64,000 nt of DNA from an uncultured delta proteobacterium. Lineage in GTDB: Bacteria; Myxococcota_A; UBA9160; JAFDET01. Below, piece by piece: positions 57,230-64,000 of this stretch. The notes under the pieces were generated by a model, which saw nothing but the letters and a program-made list of their open reading frames with translations, had not been told where the DNA came from and made no database searches. Where the stretch lies: NCBI GenBank assembly GCA_947259215.1, contig CAMYLJ010000012.1:15589-79588 (forward strand), written 5' to 3'. A program made the position numbers and the translations under genes. The stretch's first letter is position 1, and each line of letters opens with the position of its first letter.

Positions 57230-59785
57230 CTAGCCGTCCCAGATGCGGTCCAGGCTGCGGACCACGTCGTGGAGGGTCTCGAAGGGCTCGTAGCGGGCGC
57301 CGCGGCGCCAGAGCTCTTCGGCGAGGCTGTCCTTGGCGAAGGCCACGTCGGCGGCCAGCGCGCCGCACAGGTCCGAGACGCGCCCGTTGCCGACGTGCGC
57401 CACCACGGCCCCGGGGTTCGCCACGCGCAAGGCGTCGATGCGGCCGGCCTTGCAGCAGCCCGTGCCGCAGGTGCAGCCCGGGTTCGGGTGGCTGGCCGCG
57501 ATGCGCCAGACCCCGCCCTCGTAGCGCAGCTGGTTGGCCTCGTAGTCGAAGCGCACGCCGTGGATCTCCATCAGGCGATCGATGTTGCGGTCGAACCCGT
57601 CGGAGAGCACGCGGAAGGGGACGTCGCGCTTCTCGCACCAGGCCATCAGCGCCGTGGCGCCGGGATCGAGGCCGATGGTCTGGAGGAAGGCCTCGAGCTC
57701 GTCCTCGGGAACCGCCAGGCCGTCGAGGATCTCCAGGTTGTAGTCCCAGGCCGTGAGCTCGCCGCGCTCGTAGCGCGCCCAGGCGGCCGGGCGCAGCGGG
57801 CCGGCGTAGCGCTGGGCCAGGGTGGCGCCCACGTCCTGGTCGATCAGCGTGCCGTCCATGTCGCAGAAGACCGCCAGCCGTCGGCCGCCCGGGAGGTGCC
57901 GCCACGCACCCTCGTGGGCGTCGAGGTCGAAGGCGAGCTCCGGCCCGTCGGGTCCGTCGGGGAGACCCCAGTCGGCCAGCTCGATCCGCCGCGTGCCCGG
58001 CTCGTCGTCGGTGTTGATCCCCGCCACCACGCCACCCGCAAGGGTACGCGCGGCGACGCCGGAGGGAATCGGCCGGGTCAGGAAGTCCATCACGCGCGCC
58101 GTGCCGCGCGCACCGCCTGCGTCCACGCGACGCGCCGTCGTGAGGGTCTCCGCCACGAGCTCGCGGCTCTCGGGCGAGAGCTCCGGCAGGTCGTCGGAGA
58201 AGATCGCCATGCCGCCGGTGGCCGCCACCGCCGTCGCCAGGGCGCGCGCCTCGAGGGGGGTCAGCTGGGTCCGGTCGCTGCGGGTCATCAGGCAGTCGGG
58301 ATCGTTCTGCCACAGGCGGCGGTGCATCCAGGCGCGGTTCAGCACGTTGCGGATGGCGCTTCGGGTGGAGGGCGCCGTCGGTTCGAGCCCCGGGATGGGA
58401 AGCGCCAGCACCGGCTCCCAGGAGGGCGCCACGTCGGGTCCGATGCGCATGCCGTCCACGATGCCGACGGCTGCTCCCAGGGGACAGCCACAGCCCAGCA
58501 GGAAGGCCTCATCGCCGCAGCCGCGGCGCACGGCCTCGAGGCCACGCCGCAGGCGTGCCGCGCGGGAGAGCGTGGGATCCATGCCCTCGGCCTGCATCGC
58601 CTGGGCGTACAGGAAGTCGAGCTTCTGGTAGTGGAAGCCCATCTCGACCAGGGCGCGGAAGGTCTCCTCGAGGTGCGCCGTCACCGGCTCGAGGCTCGCG
58701 TCCAGCACGTACACCGCGTGGTCCGCCGCCCAGACCGGGTGCAGCAGCCCGCGGAAGAGCGTGTCGCCCTCGCGCAGCAGCCACTCGGGGTGCGCATCGA
58801 AGAGCCGGCTCTCGGCCGTGACGCAGAAGGGCGCCGTCCACAGCCCCGCCTCGAAGCCGGCGTCGCGGATGGCCTGGGCCACGGGGGCCAGACCGCGCGG
58901 GAACTTCTCGTTGGTCTCGAGCCAGTCGCCGATGGCCCGCTGATAGCCGTCGTCGAGCTGCACCACGTCCACGGGCAGCTCGTCTCGCGCGGCCGCCAGG
59001 GCATCGAGGTTGCGCAACAGGTCGTCCTCGCCGACCTCGTGGAAGAAATGGTACCAGGTGCACCAGCCCGTGCGGAAGGGCGCCGCGGTGCGGGCCTCGG
59101 CCACGCGTCCGTGCTCGTCGGTGTGCTCCTCCAGCAGGACCTGGGGATCGGCTCCCAGCGCCACGCGCGCGCGCTCGTGGACGCGTGTCTCGCCCGGCGC
59201 CAGCGGGACCTGCGACCAGAGCTCGAGCTCCACCCGCACGCCTTCGCTGTCGCGGCGCAGGAAGACCACGCCGAAGTCACGGCCGCGCTCGAGGGCGCCG
59301 GCGACGAGCGCCGCGTCGTCTCCCGCCCGGGCGGCGGCGACGAGATCCGACTCGTGCCAGCCGGCGCGGTCGGCCGGGGGCTCGCCGAGGGCGTGCCACA
59401 TCCCACGCAGCCAGGGACCGGACGGAAACGCAGGCTCGCCTGCGTCGTCGAGCTCGCGTCCCTCGCTGGTGGACCACGACTGCCAGCCGTGGCGCAGGAA
59501 GCGAAGCGAAGTCGTGTCGATGCCGCGCCAGCGGAAGCCCAGCACGATCGCATCGAGGTCCAGACGCGCGTCGCCGGCGTTCTGGATCTCGACGTCGAAG
59601 CTGGCTACGTCGCCCTCGGCATCGACCGCGACGGCCGCGTGCCAGGGACCCACGGCCACGCGCCCGGCCGCGAGCCGCGCCTCGCCGAAGAGCGGTGCGC
59701 CGCTCTCGCGCCAGCGCACCCCCAGGCGCACGGGCTCGAGCAGGCCGGCGCCTTCGCGGCGGACGACGGGGGTGGGACGGGTCAT
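57230..59785 (-). CDS. fusion protein: GH36-like glycoside hydrolase/transglycosidase domain plus C-terminal MtnX-like HAD phosphatase domain
   Basis: GH36-type blocks are WCTWYHF, VVQLDDGYQ, YQKLDFLY and MRIGPDV. The C-terminal ~230 aa has FCDMDGTLI, VLSDGFD, CTCGTGCCKAGRI and VGNGRVSDLCGA...AFAKDSL. These parallel B. subtilis MtnX (CDFDGTIT, ISGGMDF, CGCCKPSVI, IGDSVTD...FARDYL). Confidence 0.7.
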   Translation of the reverse strand: MTRPTPVVRREGAGLLEPVRLGVRWRESGAPLFGEARLAAGRVAVGPWHAAVAVDAEGDVASFDVEIQNAGDARLDLDAIVLGFRWRGIDTTSLRFLRHGWQSWSTSEGRELDDAGEPAFPSGPWLRGMWHALGEPPADRAGWHESDLVAAARAGDDAALVAGALERGRDFGVVFLRRDSEGVRVELELWSQVPLAPGETRVHERARVALGADPQVLLEEHTDEHGRVAEARTAAPFRTGWCTWYHFFHEVGEDDLLRNLDALAAARDELPVDVVQLDDGYQRAIGDWLETNEKFPRGLAPVAQAIRDAGFEAGLWTAPFCVTAESRLFDAHPEWLLREGDTLFRGLLHPVWAADHAVYVLDASLEPVTAHLEETFRALVEMGFHYQKLDFLYAQAMQAEGMDPTLSRAARLRRGLEAVRRGCGDEAFLLGCGCPLGAAVGIVDGMRIGPDVAPSWEPVLALPIPGLEPTAPSTRSAIRNVLNRAWMHRRLWQNDPDCLMTRSDRTQLTPLEARALATAVAATGGMAIFSDDLPELSPESRELVAETLTTARRVDAGGARGTARVMDFLTRPIPSGVAARTLAGGVVAGINTDDEPGTRRIELADWGLPDGPDGPELAFDLDAHEGAWRHLPGGRRLAVFCDMDGTLIDQDVGATLAQRYAGPLRPAAWARYERGELTAWDYNLEILDGLAVPEDELEAFLQTIGLDPGATALMAWCEKRDVPFRVLSDGFDRNIDRLMEIHGVRFDYEANQLRYEGGVWRIAASHPNPGCTCGTGCCKAGRIDALRVANPGAVVAHVGNGRVSDLCGALAADVAFAKDSLAEELWRRGARYEPFETLHDVVRSLDRIWDG

Positions 59786-59808
59786 CGGCGGCAGAGTATA
59801 ACGGGGAC

Positions 59809-60684
59809 ATGCACGGATCCGACTCCGGTCTCGAAGCGCGCCTGGCGGAGGAGCGCCCGCTCGTCCTCGATGGCGCCACCGGGACCGAGCTCGAGCGTCG
59901 GGGCGTGCGCTCGACCCTTCCCCTCTGGTCCAGCCACGCGCTGCTCGAGGCCCCGGACGTGCTGGCGGAGATCCACGCCGACTACGTCCGCGCCGGGGTG
60001 GACGCGCTCACGGCCGCCAGCTTCCGCACCCAGCGCCGCACCCTGGCGCGGGCGGGGCTGGCAGAGCGAGCGGCCGAGCTCACGGCCCGGGCGGTCGCCC
60101 TGGCGCGGGCCGCGGGCGACGTGCTGGTGCTGGGCTCGGCGCCGCCGCTCGAGGACTGCTACCGACCGGACCTCGTCCCCGACGACGCGACCCTCGCGCG
60201 CGAGCACCTCGAGCACGCGCAGAACCTGGCGCGGGCAGGAGTCGACGGCCTGCTCGTCGAGACTCACAACACGACGCGCGAAGCCGTGGCCGCGCTGCGT
60301 GCCGCCGCGGAAGTGGGGCTGCCCGCCATCGTGTCGTTCGTCTGCGACGCGGGGGCGCGCCTGCTCTCGGGCGAGCCGCTGATCGCCGCGTTGGCGGCCG
60401 TCGTCCCCGAAGGTCCGGCGGCGGTGGGCGTGAACTGCCTGCCGCCCGACGCCGTCCCGGCGAGCCTCGCCGTCCTCTCCGGCACGAACCTGTGCTTCGG
60501 CGTCTACGCCAACCTCGGCGCGCCGGGAGCGACTCCCGACGCGCCGCGCAGCGACGACTGCTCGCCCCGCGCCTACGCAGAACACGTGCAGCACTGGGTC
60601 GCGACGGGAGCCACGCTCGTCGGGGGTTGCTGCGGAACCACGCCCGAGCACCTCCGCTTCGCCGTGCGGCAGCTCCGCGGCTGA
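59809..60684 (+). CDS. homocysteine S-methyltransferase family protein
   Basis: VLDGATGTELERRG, the zinc ligand context GVNC and GGCCGTTPEH. Confidence 0.8.
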   Translation: MHGSDSGLEARLAEERPLVLDGATGTELERRGVRSTLPLWSSHALLEAPDVLAEIHADYVRAGVDALTAASFRTQRRTLARAGLAERAAELTARAVALARAAGDVLVLGSAPPLEDCYRPDLVPDDATLAREHLEHAQNLARAGVDGLLVETHNTTREAVAALRAAAEVGLPAIVSFVCDAGARLLSGEPLIAALAAVVPEGPAAVGVNCLPPDAVPASLAVLSGTNLCFGVYANLGAPGATPDAPRSDDCSPRAYAEHVQHWVATGATLVGGCCGTTPEHLRFAVRQLRG

Positions 60685-60768
60685 TCGACACAATTTGCGT
60701 CACTCCCCCGCGCGGCGGCTCGCAGCTCGACCGCAGCCGGGCGGCGCTTTCTGTGACGGCTCTTACGA

Positions 60769-60781
60769 AATCAAGGGGTTA
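60769..60781 (+). promoter_or_regulatory. IHF-binding-site consensus match
   Basis: AATCAAGGGGTTA fits WATCAANNNNTTR at every specified position. It is centred about 25 nt upstream of the sigma-54 -24 element. Confidence 0.45.
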
Positions 60782-60798
60782 GCCGGAGCCGGATTCCC

Positions 60799-60814
60799 TG
60801 GCACGACCCTTGCT
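60799..60814 (+). promoter_or_regulatory. sigma-54 (RpoN) -24/-12 promoter
   Basis: TGGCACGACCCTTGCT matches TGGCACG-N4-TTGCW exactly. It lies 129 nt upstream of the GH20-like gene ATG in a 258-nt intergenic region. Confidence 0.6.
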
Positions 60815-60942
60815 CTTCTCCCTGTCACAGGGAAGGGCGATCGCTCTATGCGCCCGGGCTGGCTACCCCTCCCCTCGCACTGTGCGAGGAGCCGGCCCGG
60901 GCGTTCTCTTTTGCGGGAGCAAGCCTAGACTCTTCGGCGGCC

Positions 60943-62898
60943 ATGTCGCAGCGCCTGCCGCCCCTTCTGCCCGAGCCTCGGCGTGTCGATCTCCGCGCCG
61001 GGCATCTCGGCGTGTCCGCGCAGACGCCCGTCGTGTTGGCGGCGGGATCGGACGACGGCGACCTGGCCACGGCCCGGCTGCTGGCCGACGGGCTGGCGGC
61101 GCGCGCCGGAGGCAGGCCCCCCATCGAGTCCCACGCCCGCAGCGCGGACCTGGGCCCGCGCCTCGAGTTGCGGCGCGCCGGGAGAAGCGGCGACGGCTAC
61201 CGCATCGACGCGTCCGCCGAGAAGGTGGTGCTGGAGGGGGACGGGCCTGCGGGCCTCCGCTACGCGGTGCAGACCCTGCTCCAGCTGGCCGACGCGCGCG
61301 GGCGGATCCCCGCCTGTCGCATCGAGGACGCCCCCGACTTCCCGCTGCGCGGCCTGATGCTCGACGTCTCGCGCGGCAAGGTCCCGACGCTCGCCTGCCT
61401 GGAGGAGCTGGTAGATCGCTGCGCGCTGCTGAAGCTGAACGTCCTGATGCTCTACGTGGAGCATCCGTTCCGCTTCCGCCGGCACCCGGAGATCGGGGCG
61501 GACGCCTCCCCGCTCGACGCCGAGACCCTGCGCCAGCTCGACGCCTACGCCGCCGCCCGGCACGTGCAACTCGTGCCCTCGCTCCAGTCCCTGGGACACA
61601 TGGAGCACGTCCTCGCGCTGCCCCGCTACGCCGGCCTGGCGGAGAGCGACGCCCGCTGGAGCCTCGCCCCGGTGGACCCTGGCAGCTACGCGCTGCTCGA
61701 GGACCTCTACGACGAGTATCTGCCCAACTTCCGATCCGCCTGGTTCAACGCGAACTGCGACGAGCCCTGGGACCTGGGCTACGGCCGCTCCAAGGAGCGG
61801 GCGCAGGAGATCGGGCGCGGCGGTGTCTTCCTCGAGCACGTGCGCAAGGTGCGCGACCTGGCGGCGAAACACGGCCGGCGCACGCTCGTGTGGGCCGACG
61901 TCGTGCACACGCACCCGGACCGCGTGCCCGAGATCGACCGCGACCTGGTGCTGCTCGACTGGTGGTACGAGGCCGATCACGACTACGACCGGGTGAAGGT
62001 CTTTGCGGAGAACGGGCTCGACTTCTGGGTCTGCCCGGGAACGTCGAGCTGGAACTGCCTCTTCCCGCGCATGGAGAACGCCCTCGCCAACATCTCGGGC
62101 TACGCCGACGCGGGCCGCCGCCACGGCGCGGGCGGCTTCCTGGTCACGGACTGGGGCGACTTCGGCCACTACAACCTGCTCGGGAACTCCTGGCTCGGCT
62201 TTGCGTGGGCCGGACAGCATGCCTGGTCCGGAGACGCGCCCGCGGCGCGCTTCGATCGCGCGTTCACGCGCCTCTTCTTCGGCGACGCGAGCGGCGAGGC
62301 CGCGCGCCTCTTCCGCCGGCTGGGCGCCGTCCACGACGCGGGCTTCTCGGTGCCCAACGCCTCGGCGCTCCAGTTCCTGTACTTCGACGACCTGGACGAC
62401 GCCCGCTTCCTGGAGGCGGCCCGGGAGGGCGCGCTCACCCGCAGCGAGCGCCGGCTGGAGCGCGTGCGCGCCGAGCTGGCCGACACGCGCGCGCGCTTCG
62501 GCGACGACGGCCTGACCTGGGAGGAGCTCGTCTACGCCGCCGATGCATCGCTCCTGGCCGTGCGCAAGGCCCGCGCCGCACGCACCTGGATGGCGTGGCG
62601 GCGGGGCCGGACGAAGCTGGCGGCCCCGGCCCGTCGCGGTCTCGCCCGCAGCCTGCGCGTCCTGGCCGACGAGCAGGCCGCGCTGGGCCGGACCCTGCGG
62701 CGCCTCTGGCTGCGCCGCAGCCGCCCGTCGAACTTCGAGCTGACGCGCCGGCGCCTGGACGCGTCGCTCCGCAGCCTGCGCCGCGCGGCGCGCGCCCTCG
62801 AGCGCAACCGGCCGCCCGCCCCGCCGCCCAACGAGCGCGGCGTCGACGTGGGCGCCGCCTTTCGCGCGCTGGCCGCCGTGGCGCGCGGCGAGAGCTAG
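60943..62898 (+). CDS. GH20-like beta-N-acetylhexosaminidase family protein
   Basis: The N-terminal LLPEPRRVDL and IEDAPDFPLRGLMLDVSRG give the (beta/alpha)8 entry motif. NVLMLYVEH and NANCDEPWD (D-E pair) follow. There is a long Arg-rich C-terminal tail. Confidence 0.65.
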   Translation: MSQRLPPLLPEPRRVDLRAGHLGVSAQTPVVLAAGSDDGDLATARLLADGLAARAGGRPPIESHARSADLGPRLELRRAGRSGDGYRIDASAEKVVLEGDGPAGLRYAVQTLLQLADARGRIPACRIEDAPDFPLRGLMLDVSRGKVPTLACLEELVDRCALLKLNVLMLYVEHPFRFRRHPEIGADASPLDAETLRQLDAYAAARHVQLVPSLQSLGHMEHVLALPRYAGLAESDARWSLAPVDPGSYALLEDLYDEYLPNFRSAWFNANCDEPWDLGYGRSKERAQEIGRGGVFLEHVRKVRDLAAKHGRRTLVWADVVHTHPDRVPEIDRDLVLLDWWYEADHDYDRVKVFAENGLDFWVCPGTSSWNCLFPRMENALANISGYADAGRRHGAGGFLVTDWGDFGHYNLLGNSWLGFAWAGQHAWSGDAPAARFDRAFTRLFFGDASGEAARLFRRLGAVHDAGFSVPNASALQFLYFDDLDDARFLEAAREGALTRSERRLERVRAELADTRARFGDDGLTWEELVYAADASLLAVRKARAARTWMAWRRGRTKLAAPARRGLARSLRVLADEQAALGRTLRRLWLRRSRPSNFELTRRRLDASLRSLRRAARALERNRPPAPPPNERGVDVGAAFRALAAVARGES

Positions 62899-64000
62899 CC
62901 AACCGCGCGCACCCGCCGCCGCGGCTCGGAGACCCGGGTCAGCATGATCGCGAAGGCGAGCGCCTGGCAGGCGATCGCAATCGCGAAGACCGGGGTGTAC
63001 GAGACGCCGTCGGCCAGCAGTCCCGCCGCGATGGGTCCCACCACGCCGACGGCCTCGGAGGTGGTGTTGGCGACGGCGATCCGCAGCGGCAGGTTCTCGC
63101 GGCTCCCGAACTCGAGCACCAGGTTCTGGCTCGACAGCATGAACCCGCCCTGCCCCGCGCCGAGGGCGGCGAAGACCACCAGCAGCCAGCCGAAGTCCGC
63201 GGTGGCCAGCAGCAGCACGGTGGACGCGGCCCAGGTTGCCAGGGCCACCAGGAAGGTGGCCCGGAACCCGGTGCGGTCGGCCACCACACCCCACACGAAC
63301 TGGAAGCCGGCCATGGACAGGGCGAAGGCCGCCGTCAGCCAGCCCAGCTCCGCGCCCGACACCTCCAGCCTGGTCTTGGCGTAGATCAGGTAGAAGGGCA
63401 CGGCCATGCGCCCGGCGACGCCCAGCGCCCGCGCCACGAAGTACCACGTGAAGTTCCGGTCGGCGCGCAGCAGCGCCGGCACGTCGCGCAGGCGCTCGTG
63501 CGCGCGGACCTTTTTCCGGACCGTCGGCGATTCCGGCTCGCGCACGATGAGCAGCATCGAGAGCCCGGCCATGGTCAGGACGAACGCCAGGCCGAAGGTG
63601 GCGGCGTAGCCGTTGCCGAGAGCGTCGGTCTCGACCAGCCAGCCGCCGAAGCCGCCGACGACCGCTGCGGTGATGCCCGCCAGCGTGTTGCGCAGACCCA
63701 CGAGGAGTCCCCGGCGCTCGACCGGAATCACCTTGGAGACGAGGGTGTTGAAGATCACCCCTTGCATGCCCAGGAAGAAGCCGAACAGGCCGAGGAAGCC
63801 GCACACCGCCAGCGCGTTCCACTCGCGCGGCAGCAGGAAGCCGGCCAGGGCGATGCCGAGCACCTGCACCCGCATGGCGCCGCCGACCAGGAAGCCCGTC
63901 GGCAAGACCTTGCGGCGGTGCTCCACCACGCTCGCGGCGAAGAGCGGCGTGAGCGCCATCCCCAGGGCCTGGAGCCCGCGCGCGAGACCGACGACGAGGT
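62895..64000 (-). CDS. MFS transporter (N-terminus probably beyond the window end)
   Basis: Multiple TM spans with a loop VIPVERRGLLVGLRN. The frame stays open past the ATG at 63959 to the window edge. Confidence 0.7.
   Translation of the reverse strand, partial: LVVGLARGLQALGMALTPLFAASVVEHRRKVLPTGFLVGGAMRVQVLGIALAGFLLPREWNALAVCGFLGLFGFFLGMQGVIFNTLVSKVIPVERRGLLVGLRNTLAGITAAVVGGFGGWLVETDALGNGYAATFGLAFVLTMAGLSMLLIVREPESPTVRKKVRAHERLRDVPALLRADRNFTWYFVARALGVAGRMAVPFYLIYAKTRLEVSGAELGWLTAAFALSMAGFQFVWGVVADRTGFRATFLVALATWAASTVLLLATADFGWLLVVFAALGAGQGGFMLSSQNLVLEFGSRENLPLRIAVANTTSEAVGVVGPIAAGLLADGVSYTPVFAIAIACQALAFAIMLTRVSEPRRRVRAVG

Noticed and set aside
60695-60928. 77-aa plus-strand ORF in the intergenic region before the GH20-like gene
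   Set aside because: It starts upstream of the predicted sigma-54 promoter, has no ribosome-binding site or family resemblance, and is Arg/Pro/Gly-rich. The region is better explained as promoter plus leader.

Overview
High-GC (roughly 70% by eye) bacterial chromosomal segment, densely coding, with about 57 protein genes. I recognised no rRNA, tRNA, CRISPR array, transposase or integrase. Most genes are housekeeping: purA, ilvE, mtnA, gatCAB, ddl, glmS-glmU, hflX, fabH, murQ, mutS2, a UvrD/PcrA helicase, a DEAD-box helicase and a glutaryl-CoA dehydrogenase-like gene. Between them sit accessory modules. (1) A complete AmmeMemoRadiSam trio (radical SAM, MEMO1-like, AMMECR1-like) is flanked by an amidohydrolase-2 gene and by a JmjC/cupin-type oxygenase whose iron-binding HxD reads HxA. 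(2) A lipoprotein, a TlpA thiol-disulfide oxidoreductase and a secreted OmpA-like protein carrying ten NPC cysteine repeats appear to form one operon. (3) A GH36 glycosidase is fused to an MtnX-like HAD phosphatase. (4) An ECF sigma, a zinc anti-sigma and a zinc-ribbon PspC gene are translationally coupled. (5) A PEP-CTERM protein cluster lies next to a low-GC lipoprotein gene. (6) There are two secreted PHP-fold metallohydrolase-like proteins and two AsmA-family proteins. The non-coding DNA contains related CTAG-bounded palindromic elements that fill spaces between genes. One 74-nt two-hairpin unit occurs twice. Two AT-rich TAAGAAAC palindromes occur, and one 84-nt palindrome shares a core with the two-hairpin unit. 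There is also a near-consensus sigma-54 promoter with an IHF site. TAG is used unusually often as a stop codon, and four convergent gene pairs share a single CTAG as the stop on both strands. Many long track ORFs are high-GC antisense or alternative-frame artefacts and were not called. A Myxococcota or delta-proteobacterium-like origin is only an inference from gene content.
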